Source: Eledone cirrhosa
Lineage: Eukaryota
Assembly (NCBI GenBank): GCA_964016885.1
Contig: OZ024752.1
Span: 34,162,001 to 34,226,000, forward strand
Direction: 5' to 3'
DNA: 64,000 nucleotides
Of the stretch, positions 43,632-52,571 are shown in pieces. The notes under the pieces are model-generated. The model worked only from the letters and a program-made list of their open reading frames with translations, was not told the DNA's origin and made no database searches. Within the stretch, counting starts at the first letter, position 1, and every line of letters starts with the position of its first letter. Position numbers and translations under genes: made by a program.

Positions 43632-43875
43632 TTAACCCTTTCATTACTGTATTTCTAATGACAAACACTGACTATACATTTCAATAAATGCTGGAAATAA
43701 CCAAACATTTGGAGGAAATTAATAAACTAAGTTTTTCATTAGTAAGTTGATATTTAGAATATTATTTAAGAAAGATTTCTAAAATAAAATTATAGGTTGA
43801 AATAAATATTTTAAAACGGGCAGTTTTGTATGATAAATCGAAAGTGGTTTCAGGTGGTTTGCTATTTAAAATGGA
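43632..43875 (+). mobile_element. Degenerate TTAACCC-type MITE whose left end is the terminal satellite monomer
   Basis: Begins TTAACCCTTT like the neighbouring MITEs. Continues into ~200 bp of AT-rich body ending ...GTGGTTTCAGGTGGTTTGCTATTTAAAATGG, which resembles (from memory) the right end of a common octopus MITE. The right TIR is not intact. Confidence 0.45.
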
Positions 43876-44020
43876 ACACCATTTCAGTGGAAATGAAAAT
43901 ACATTAAAGAAATGTTTCCCTTTATCTGTGAGAAAAGTGTAAATAAGAAACTGCTGAGACTTCTATCACTACACCCAGTAATGATGAGAACATTTTTGGG
44001 GGAGGGGAAAAGTCAATTAA

Positions 44021-44251
44021 ATAATTGTTTCTACTATAGGCACAAGGCCAGCAATTATCCAGTGCATTACTGGTACTTTATTTCATCGACCTCGTAAGGA
44101 TGAAAGACAAAGCTAATCTTGGCAGGGTTTGAATTTAGAATGAAAATGGATGTAACTATATGTGGGGTTTGAATTCAAAACGTAAAGGGATGCAACCATA
44201 TGCAGCAAAGCATGTCTGAAGCTCTACTGTTTCTACCATCAATCCACTGCC
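44021..44251 (-). mobile_element. tRNA-derived SINE, family A (Nin/Deu-like core), with a short internal duplication
   Basis: Reverse complement of 55339-55530. Core CAGTGCATTACTGGTACTTTATTTCATCGACCTCGTAAGGATGAAAG. The GGGTTTGAATT..ATATG segment occurs twice. Confidence 0.85.
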
Positions 44252-44318
44252 GTCAAAATTGTTTTAAAAATATGCCTTTATATATTACTTTGGTAGTCTC
44301 AATAAAAGAAATACTCAT

Positions 44319-44703
44319 TTAACCCTTTAACATTTAGACTGGCTGTATCCGACCAGAATTCTCTCACCTATTTCTGTTCAAACCAGCTGTAACTGGCTAT
44401 TCATACTGATGTTAAGGTATTGTTCTCAAAATAAATAATATCAAAATCTCATAGATTTGATATTATGTGCGATAAGGCCTTTCATGTGAAAATATAATTG
44501 CATATATAGAGTAATTGTTTCCACTTTTGGCACAAGGCAAGCAATACCCCAGTGCATTACTGGTACTTTATTTTATCGACCCCGTAAGGATGAAAGACAA
44601 ACTTAACCTCGATGGGATTTGAACTCAGACTGTAACGGCACGTAACTATGCTGGAAAGCATGGCGTCCGACCCTCTACCGTAATGTAAATGTTAAAGGGT
44701 TAA
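44319..44703. mobile_element. piggyBac-like non-autonomous element (MITE) with TTAA target sites, carrying a nested SINE
   Basis: TTAA at 44319-44322 and 44700-44703. Perfect 14-bp TIR CCCTTTAACATTTA (44323-44336) / TAAATGTTAAAGGG (44686-44699). TTAA plus CCC...GGG termini are the piggyBac signature. Confidence 0.85.
44511..44684 (-). mobile_element. 5'-truncated family A SINE inserted in the MITE
   Basis: Matches family A. Flanked by GTAAT at 44511-44515 and 44680-44684. The uninterrupted MITE copy at 45255-45278 reads ATAGAGTAATGTAAATG. Confidence 0.85.
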
Positions 44704-44821
44704 GGACTCTATATATGTTCTTGGGGGAGGTTTATTTATTTTCCTCAAGTCTCACAATGAATAAAATAATGAAATCTTGTCTTACATCTTTGATTTTAGT
44801 GGATATATAACAATTCAGAGC

Positions 44822-44865
44822 TTAACCCTTTAGAATTTAAACCGGCTGTTTCTGGCCAGAATTCT
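44822..44865 (+). mobile_element. Left-end fragment of the same MITE family
   Basis: TTAACCCTTTAGAATTTAAACCGGCTGTTTCTGGCCAGAATTCT aligns with the starts at 44319 and 44940. Confidence 0.75.
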
Positions 44866-44939
44866 GTCCCCAAGTACTCCTTCAGCTGAACTCATGGATG
44901 TTATCCAGTTATCTTGCTCTACAACTCATTTTTATTTCT

Positions 44940-45282
44940 TTAACCATTTAGTATTTAAACCGGCTATATCCGGCCAGAATTCTCTCACCTATTTCTAATC
45001 AAACCAGCTGTAACTGGCCATTCTTACTGATGTTAAGGTATTGTTCTTAAAATAAATAATATCAAAATCTCATAGATTCCATATTATGTGAAATAAAGCC
45101 TTTACCACAAAAATACAATAGAGTAATGTAAATGCTATGTGAGATAAAGACTTTACCACAAAAATACAATAGTAAATATAGAGTAATGTAAATGCTATGT
45201 GAGATATTATGTGAGATAATTATGTGAGATCAAGACTTTACCACAAAAATACAATAGAGTAATGTAAATGCTAAAGGGTTCA
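44940..45282. mobile_element. Second MITE copy, with subterminal tandem duplications
   Basis: Collinear with 44319-44510. Termini TTAACCATTTAGTATTTA ... TAAATGCTAAAGGGTTCA. A ~51-bp subterminal unit occurs three times at 45085-45272. Confidence 0.8.
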
Positions 45283-45439
45283 AAATAAATATATGTAATC
45301 ACAAGTAGGAAGAAAAAATACAAACAAACAGCAACTATATACATTTCTGTATTGAGACATATAGAAAGGAAGTGAGACAAAGATAATCAAGGAAAGTAAG
45401 ACACTCACTGTAAAACAATATATATATACATATATATAT

Positions 45440-45623
45440 GAAACACAAATTTAAATAATTTTGAAAACCATACAATGTATTAGAAAGAAAATCAAGAATG
45501 CTAAGATAACAAAGAATCTTAACTTAGCAAATTTGCTAAGGTAAGATTCTTTGTTATCTTAGCAATCTTTATTTTCTTTCTAATACATTGTATGGTTTTC
45601 GAAATTATTTAAATTTGTGTTTC
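45440..45623. repeat. Spacerless palindrome, 92-bp arms, ~4 mismatches
   Basis: Centre CTTAGCAAA|TTTGCTAAG at 45531/45532. Arms run GAAACACAAATTT... / ...AAATTTGTGTTTC. Confidence 0.95.
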
Positions 45624-46119
45624 CTATTCAACAATGCTTCAAGCAAACTACAACATATATACAATATATATAAAATAGTAAAATGTTGAGTATATATATA
45701 AAATAATAACAGGCTGAATAAATATGTGTTTGTGTGTATATATATATAATAGTAAAATGTTGAATATATATAAAATAATAACAGACTGAATATATATATA
45801 TATATATGTATGAGTGTGTGTGATTATATATTTTTTTTTTTCAGCTTTTTTTACTGGTTCATTATTTTTTTTTTTTTCATTTTTGTTTAGTTTTAGTTTT
45901 AGTTTTGTTTTTCAATCGAAGAAGAAAAATGAATGTGTGAATGAAAGGTGAGAAAGAAAAATAATATATATAAACAAACATACTTTGATTTGGTGTGAAG
46001 AAGTAGAGGTGGCTTCTCTAAGAAGATATGAAGAACAATCTTAGAGGGAACAATAGTAGTAATGGAAGAAGAAGGAAGAAGCAGCAGTAGCATTAATGAA
46101 TAAATAAATAGATAGATAA

Positions 46120-46179
46120 ATATATATGTGTATGTGTGTGTATATATTTATATGTGTATGTGTGTATGTGCATATATTC

Positions 46180-46210
<31 letters not shown>

Positions 46211-46440
46211 GTGTGGAAGATGGATATTAAACGATGATGATTGTAATTTGTGTGTGTGTATATATATATATGTGTGTGTGTGTATATATATATGTGTGTG
46301 TGTGTATATATATATGTATATATGTATATATATGTATATATGTATATATATATATGTATATATGTGTGTGTGTGTGTAAATGTGTCTGTATGTGTATATA
46401 TATGTGTGTGTATATATATGTATATATGTGTATATATATC

Positions 46441-46472
<32 letters not shown>

Positions 46473-46780
46473 TGTGTGTATGTATATATATATGTGTGTG
46501 TATGTATATATATATGTGTGTGTATGTATATATGTGTGTGTGCGTGTGTGTGTGTATATGTGTCTGTATGTGTATATGTGTGTGTATATATATATGTATA
46601 TATATATATATGTATATATGTGTGTGTGTGTGTGTGTGTATATATCTGTGTGTGTGTGTGTATATATATGTGTGTGTGTGTGTATATATATGTGTATGTG
46701 TGTATATATATGCGTGTGTATATATATGTATATGTGTGTGTGTGTGTGTGTATATATATCTGTGTGTGTGTATGTATATA

Positions 46781-46817
<37 letters not shown>
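46120..46817. repeat. Compound (TA)n/(TG)n microsatellite with a short SINE tail (46212-46241)
   Basis: Seen directly; GGAAGATGGATATTAAACGATGATGAT tail fragment. Confidence 0.95.
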
Positions 46818-46820
<3 letters not shown>

Positions 46821-47354
46821 TAAATAAATAAATATAGATATCTAGATATATAAATAACTAAATGGATCAGGAGATAATAAAAATAATGAAGCAGAGCTGT
46901 GAGTTAAGTCTAGAGATATGTCCAACTTTCAATACTTTCGGTACCTCAACAACCACACCAACCAACCAACCAACCAACAACTTAGCTTGTGGGTTGGTTT
47001 AATTAGTAGCTTCTAAGTAATAAGAAAGTAATAGTCTTCTAATGGACTATTGGCTTGGTTGGTTTGGTTGGCTTGGATTGGTTGGTTGGTCAGTGAGAAA
47101 GTGAGAGGAATGGCTGGTAGGGTGAGGAGGAGAGAGAGAGAGGGGAATGGGTGGTAGGATGAGGAGAGAAAGGAAAGAAGGAGAGTAGAGGAAGGAGAGA
47201 GAGGGGGTAGAGAAAGGAGATAAGGAGAGTAGAGGAAGGAGAGAGAGAAGCAGAAGAGAGTATAAATATATAATGTAATACAAAATAGGAAGTCATTTTA
47301 ATAACAAACAGCTTAGAGGAGGAATACAGGAATATATGAAAAGATTTATGAAGG

Positions 47355-47590
47355 AGAAGAAGAAAAAAAAGACGAAAAAGAAAAAAGAGAGAAAGAAAAA
47401 GAAAAAAAGAAAAAAAGAAAAAAAGAAAAAGAAAAAGAAAAAGAAAAAGAAGAAAAAGAAGAAAAAGAAGAAAAAGAAGAAAAAGAAGAAAAAGAAGAAA
47501 AAGAAGAAAAAGAAGAAAAAGAAGAAAAAGAAGAAAAAGAAGAAAAAGAAGAAAAAGAAGAAAAAGAAGAAGAAAAATAAGAAGAAAAAA
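47355..47590. repeat. Polypurine tract: (GAAAAA)n then 9-bp (AAGAAAAAG)n
   Basis: Seen directly. Confidence 0.95.
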
Positions 47591-47798
47591 ATTATTATTA
47601 TTATTAAAAAAATATAATATATACCAATTTTTTGGGTGTGGAAAAGTGAGAGAGAAAAATAGAGAAAACTGAAAGTGGTGTGGTGGTGGAGGTGTGTGAG
47701 GGGGAAATAGAAAAATAAAGAAAAGAAATGAGTAAATACCTGGAAGATAAGATATATATATATATATATATATTGGCAACATGACCCTCCCAAAGTAT

Positions 47799-47828
<30 letters not shown>

Positions 47829-47838
<10 letters not shown>

Positions 47839-47930
47839 CGTAAAATAAGAAAATTATAAAATTAACTTACTTACTAAATTTTTAGTAAGTAAGTTAATTT
47901 TATAATTTTCTTATTTTACGTCTCTCATAT
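47829..47930. repeat. Perfect palindrome, 50-bp arms, 2-nt centre
   Basis: ATATGAGAGACGTAAAATAAG...TTACTAAA TT TTTAGTAA...CTTATTTTACGTCTCTCATAT, directly after a (TA)n tract. Confidence 0.95.
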
Positions 47931-48189
47931 TATTGTTCTGCAACCCCATGCATTGAACCACAAAGTTACTAAGACAAAACCTATGTATTTGCTAGCATTG
48001 GTATGCATCTGTGTGTAAATATATGTTACTAGATATATTAATTCTTTATATATATATATATATTGTGGTAAGGAACCAGATGGACCATAAAGCACCAGAG
48101 TACTCAATACTTAGGGTAGTAGAGTGGGTAATAGGAAAAAGTATGGCCCCAATGGCAGAGCGCAAGCCGTTTCGACGGCTATTTCTGGA

Positions 48190-48350
48190 CGTATTTTGAC
48201 TAAAGAAATAATTTAGCCTGATAGTGGGGTTAAGAACCCTCGGAGAAATGGAAAAAGATGAGTATTGTACGTCAATACTCATCTTTTTCCATTTCTCCGA
48301 GGGTTCTTAACCCCACTATCAGGCTAAATTATTTCTCTAGTCAAAATACG
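48190..48350. repeat. Palindrome, 78-bp arms, 5-nt loop, 1 mismatch
   Basis: CGTATTTTGACTA...GAGTATTG TACGT CAATACTC...TAGTCAAAATACG. Confidence 0.95.
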
Positions 48351-48403
48351 GCGATAGCTTATATTTCTAATATATATATATATATATACACACACACATA
48401 CAA

Positions 48404-48568
48404 GTGTGGTTGGCGTTAGGAAGGACATCCAGCAGTAGAAAACCTTCCAGAAACAGTTCTATATGAGGGAAATAGGGTCACCTGACCAATCTTGCCTCAG
48501 TGGGACAAACCCGTCCAACCCATGCTAGTATGGAAGATGGACGTTAAACGATCATGATGATGATGATA
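48404..48568 (+). mobile_element. 3' part of SINE family B (GTTAGGAAGGGCATCCAGC motif, GGACGTTAAACG(ATG)n tail)
   Basis: Similar to 48965-49120; (GAT)n tail. Confidence 0.8.
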
Positions 48569-48589
48569 TATATATGTATGTATATATAA

Positions 48590-48739
48590 GCAAAGGGATA
48601 TTTATTGGTAATTCAACACATATATATTTATAACTGATTCGAAGCACTCAACAGTTTTCTGGAGTATAATATCAATGATATTAATAAATGGAAACTAGAA
48701 TAAATATGGTTTTATAAATATAGTTTCCATTTATTAATA
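48590..48739 (-). mobile_element. Remnant related to the hammerhead-bearing element at 56387-56677 (putative Penelope-like pLTR), with a 19-bp inverted repeat
   Basis: 48699-48739 matches 56542-56582 almost exactly. 48590-48697 is the diverged reverse complement of 56564-56670. IR arms at 48679-48697 and 48721-48739. Confidence 0.65.
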
Positions 48740-48740
48740 C

Positions 48741-49120
48741 CTACAGTCAGTAGGCACCTCTTAACAAAAATACACCCCCGTCCCACTACCCCCACCCCAT
48801 CCACACCACCCCTTTCGATGTAAAGTTATGTTGGTACCACAACATCCAGTCCGAAATAAATGAGGTCGTGTAGGTGTCACGACAAAAAAACACACAGTCC
48901 ACGCTGTAATGTGGCCGTGTAGGTAACACGGTAAAAAACTCCCAGTCCACACTGTAAACGTGGCTGTGTTAGGAAGGGCATCCAGCTGTAGAAAACCCGC
49001 CAGACAGTCCTATGCGAGCAAGACAACCAATCTTGCCTCAAGTGGGACAATTCCCGTCCAAACCCATGCAAGCATGGAAGATGGACGTTAAACGATGATG
49101 GTGATGATGATGATGATCAT
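48741..49120 (+). mobile_element. ~380-bp SINE-like element, family B long form
   Basis: Full-length inverted copy at 51363-51741 with the same 5' end CTACAGTCAGTAGGCA; (GAT)n tail. Confidence 0.85.
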
Positions 49121-49280
49121 TGATATATATATATATATATATATATATTTAGAAATGATCGACAAGTTCCCAGACCTCATTCCCTCATCAAATTGGACCA
49201 AGGAAACAATGTTTCCATTGGTCTTTCCATTGCTGATACTATCTACTGGTCACAACTCCTGGCAGATATTTATATATATA

Positions 49281-49386
49281 CAGCCAGAAACAGTCCTATA
49301 TGAGCGAGACACTGTCACCCAACCCAACTTGCCTCTAATGGGACAAACCCATCTAACCCATGCTAGCGTCAAATGATGATGATGAT
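49281..49386 (+). mobile_element. Family B SINE 3' fragment
   Basis: GCCAGAAACAGTCCTATATGAGCGAGAC...ACCCATGCTAGC...ATGATGATGAT. Confidence 0.7.
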
Positions 49387-49640
49387 AGTGTTATCTAATG
49401 TTCCTCTGAAAATAGGGTGAAGTGATTTGAGTCCCAAGTTCATCCGGCTCCAGCTGACAGTACCTGAAGTAGACCCTACTTATCCAAGGTTGTGGAACTT
49501 CCTACCCACAGGTTTTTTAGCCTGTGCTGAGAAGGGGAAGGGAGAAACATGAGGCTAGCAACCATACTACCATTAATCAAAATGGCTAAAAAAATGATGA
49601 ACATCACCCAATACTTGATAGGGAGGGTGAGAAAGGAACT

Positions 49641-49808
49641 CATTCTCATCCTCATAATTTTACGTCCGCTTTTCCCTGCTTGCAAGGGTGGGACGGGAAC
49701 TGATTCTGGCTTGATTTCTACAGCTGGATGCCCTTCCTAACACCAACCTCATTTACAGTGAGTGCTGGGTGCTTTTTTGCCAATGCTCTAACCACTAAGC
49801 CATGTGCC
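49641..49808 (-). mobile_element. Internally deleted copy of the CORE-like SINE at 55582-55950
   Basis: Both termini match 55582-55706 and 55924-55950; the middle is missing. Confidence 0.8.
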
Positions 49809-49814
49809 TCCTAA

Positions 49815-50005
49815 ATAATGTTTTCTGATTTAGGCACAAGGTTAGCAAATACCCCAGTGCATTACTGGTGCTTTATTTTATCGACCCCATTAAGATGAAA
49901 GGCAAAGTTAACCTCGGCGTGATTTGAACTCAGGGCGTAAAGGGCCATAACTCTATGCTGCAAAGCATGGTATCCGACACTCTACTGATACTGCCAGTCT
50001 CCCGC
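49815..50005 (-). mobile_element. Family A SINE
   Basis: Reverse complement of 55339-55530, including the B-box (GATTTGAACTC on +). Confidence 0.85.
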
Positions 50006-50023
50006 AAATAAAAGGAACTAAAT

Positions 50024-50200
50024 AGCGGAAACCGATTATATCAACCCAGCACATTACTGGTACTTATTTTATCAATGCCAGAAGGATGAAAGGTAAAGTT
50101 AATCGTGGCTAGATTTGAACTCAGAATGTAAATGGCTGGAAAAAAACACCACAAATCATTTTGTCCGGCGTTCTAATGTTTCTGCCAATCCACGGCCCTT
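50024..50200 (-). mobile_element. Diverged family A-related SINE with 11-bp TSD
   Basis: Same core. AGGAACTAAAT flanks at 50013-50023 and 50201-50211. Confidence 0.8.
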
Positions 50201-50229
50201 AGGAACTAAATGATATAAACACAACACAT

Positions 50230-50512
50230 GCTCTGTTGGATGTGAAATGTTAGTGTGCTTGAATGAAAGAGCAGGAAGGAATTAAGAGGCAGGCTGAGTA
50301 TATGAGGAAGAGAATTCAGTGTGTAAGAGAGAAGTTTGTGCTGATGTTGACATGTGATACATAAGGAGAGTGAATGCTGTTTAAAGAAGGGGTAAACATT
50401 TTAAGTAGATGGAACCTGTGGAAGAAGGGGACTAAGGAAGATGTGGGATGAGGTTGTGAAAAGTAGCCCCAAGAAACTGTATTTCACGAAGGGGCTGACA
50501 CAACACCAAGTG
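50230..50512 (+). mobile_element. Highly decayed RTE-like LINE 3' fragment
   Basis: Degenerate match to the region encoded at 51790-52060 (...GATGGAACCTGTGGAAGAAGGGGACTAAGGAAGATGTGGGATGAGGTTGTGAA, about DGTCGRxxxRKMWDEVV), with stops and frameshifts. Confidence 0.55.
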
Positions 50513-50630
50513 GAACTAACTCATTATTTTCTTTTAGGCATGTTAATAGGGGGTTCTTTTGTGATTATGGTTGTTAAATTCATGCATTATTAAGCTTTTG
50601 TTCATAGAGGAACTGTAACACAAAGTATTG

Positions 50631-50677
<47 letters not shown>

Positions 50678-50757
50678 TGTGTGTATATACATATATACAT
50701 GTTTGTGTGTGTGTGTATGCACATATATATATATATATATATATAAAACGTGTCCAA

Positions 50758-50861
50758 GTGCCTGATGACAAGGTCACAAATTTGACCATTCTTCCACACT
50801 GCACCACTGTGCACAATCTGGGGAGATGGTCATAATTGGACCTCGAAACCTTAGGTAGCAC
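50758..50861 (+). ncRNA. Type I hammerhead ribozyme motif with long stem II (putative Penelope-like pLTR)
   Basis: Stem I GTGC(50758-61)/GCAC(50858-61). Core CTGATGA 50762-68. Stem II AGGTC..TGACCAT..TGCAC-CACT-GTGCA..ATGGTCA..GACCT. GAAA 50845-48. Stem III ACC-TTA-GGT. Predicted cleavage after GUA at 50857. The base of stem II is imperfect. Confidence 0.72.
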
Positions 50862-51362
50862 ATTTTGTTCCATGTATGAGCATAAATAAATAATATAACA
50901 TGTATGTGATGTATGTATAATCAAGGTAAATCCAGTGTGATCCAAGATGGTAGTCCAATTGTATAATCCAAGGTGTAAGAAACTCCAAGAATTTGGGTAC
51001 TCCAAGAATAGTGTAAAATTGGTAGAATTGTTGATGGGTGTCTGTATAAGCATGCAATAAATAATGAACAAAGGAACTGATGGGTAATACAACAATGCAA
51101 CACAAAGAATGAATAAGTAAAAATCAAAGTTATTAGTTTGGTACCAAAGAGAAGTAAAAGAAAAAGATCCTTCTTCAGAAAACAGATGGAGGAAAAAGAG
51201 AGAAATGATAGAAAGAGAAGAAAAAGAGAAAAGGAAAAAGAGGGCTTACCAACGACCATCTACATATATAATATAGGAATATATAATACAATGATATCAA
51301 TGCAAAATACACTATCTTCAAGAGAGTGTTTTATACTAATATATGTATGTGTGTATATATAT

Positions 51363-51741
51363 ATCATCATCATCATCATCATCATCATCGTTTAACGTCC
51401 ATGTTCTACGCTTGCATGGGTTTGGACGGGAGTTTTCCCACTTGAGGCAAGAGTGGTTGTCTTGCTCGCATAGGACTGTCTGGCGGGTTTTCTACGGCTG
51501 GATACCCTTCCTAACACCAACCACATTTACAGTGTGGGGCTGGGAGGTTTTTACCGTGTTGCCTACACGGCCACATTACAGCGTGGACTGTGTGTTTTTT
51601 TGTCGTGACACCTACACGATCTCATTTGTTTCGGCCTGGATGTTGTGGCACCAACGTAACTTCACATTGAAAGGGGCGGTGTGGATGGGGTGGGGGTGGT
51701 GTGACAGGGGCGTATTTTGTTAGAGATGCCTACTGACTGTA
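51363..51741 (-). mobile_element. Family B long-form SINE-like element (inverted copy of 48741-49120)
   Basis: End-to-end reverse-complement similarity; (ATC)n tail. Confidence 0.85.
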
Positions 51742-51749
51742 GTAGGTTT

Positions 51750-52061
51750 ACTTTGTATTTAGGCAAGGCGGGTCTTCTCTATTACTGAGTGCCGCCAAAG
51801 ATCTCGGTCCAGTGACATTGTCTTGGAGAGGTGTAAGTGTGTGAGGTCGGAATTTATCAGCTCGTCCCAGGTTTTTCTTTCTGGGTCTGCCTATTCCGTG
51901 GCTACCGTCTATCTTTATTGCCCTGCACTTTGTTATACAGCTGTCGTCTTTCATGCGCATCACGTGACCATACCAGTGTAGTCTTCTCTCGAGTAAACAA
52001 CATCTGATCCCTCTTATTTCTAATTTTTCCCTTAGTTCGTTTATGCTTTGCCGTTCACGTA
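51750..52061 (-). mobile_element. RTE-clade LINE ORF C-terminal fragment
   Basis: Translates RQSINELREKLEIRGIRCCLLERRLHWYGHVMRMKDDSCITKC...GRPRK. The RRLxWxGHVxR...GRPR motif is typical of RTE ORF C-termini; a frameshift follows. Confidence 0.85.
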
Positions 52062-52084
52062 TATTATATATATATATATATATA

Positions 52085-52133
<49 letters not shown>

Positions 52134-52161
52134 CATACATACATACATACACACACATCAT

Positions 52162-52334
52162 TGGATTGGCAGTATCGGTAGAGGGTCGACACCATGCTTT
52201 GACGCATAGAGTCACGGCCCTTGCCATTCTGAGTTCAAATCCTGCCAAGGTTAACTTTGCCTTTCATCCTTACGGGGTCAATAAAATAAAGTACCAGTAA
52301 TACACTGGGTAAGTGCCAGAAGTAGAAACAATTA
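52162..52334 (+). mobile_element. Family A SINE
   Basis: A-box TGGCAGTATCGG, B-box GAGTTCAAATCC, core CTTTGCCTTTCATCCTTACGGGGTCAATAAAATAAAGTACCAG. Confidence 0.88.
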
Positions 52335-52496
52335 TATATATATATATATGAGAAAAAAATGAAGTTTCGTTTATATGTATATATGTTGTGTATCAAACGT
52401 GTTATGCACGTTTCACAGATGATTGGCTCAAGGTCACATATGAATCCAACTACAGCATTGATCTGCTTATCAACAAAAAATAAACTGAATCACAGA

Positions 52497-52543
<47 letters not shown>

Positions 52544-52571
52544 AAAAGAGAGGAGAAATGCACATATATGA

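Larger units (their letters stand above)
1..43679. repeat. 48-bp satellite array (~900 monomers), consensus GTTTAACCCTTTCATTACTGTATGTCTAATGAAAGACACTGTCTATGT; runs off the left edge of the window
   Basis: Uninterrupted tandem repeat seen directly. Includes 46-bp (2-nt TG/TA loss) and 29-bp variants. The last degenerate unit at ~43632-43679 grades into unique sequence. Confidence 0.99.

Noticed and set aside
1-43679. CRISPR-like array (palindromic repeat containing GAAAG, starting GTTT)
   Set aside because: There are no unique spacers, since the whole 48-mer repeats. No cas genes, and the context is eukaryotic.
29-43687. Long ORFs of repeated MKDTVYVFNPFITVCL
   Set aside because: 48 bp is a multiple of 3 and one frame happens to lack stops. 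Frequent 46- and 29-bp units frameshift it and TGA variants propagate freely, so there is no sign of coding constraint.
45830-46100. Possible exon after the polypyrimidine tract and CAG at ~45844
   Set aside because: No recognisable ORF or donor site; cannot be supported without transcript data.
46234-47803. ORFs rich in VCVYIY, poly-K or poly-F
   Set aside because: Translations of dinucleotide and polypurine microsatellites.
48226-48250. CTGATAG...GAGAAA as a hammerhead inside the 78-bp palindrome, and GAAACGGC on the minus strand near 48170
   Set aside because: The core is non-canonical and no convincing stem I/III could be formed.
49390-49640. Possible LINE 5' UTR or structured RNA
   Set aside because: Only a vague resemblance; no motif could be verified by eye.
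51130-51185. Minus-strand CTGAAGA as a hammerhead core
   Set aside because: No correctly placed GAAA or paired stems II/III.
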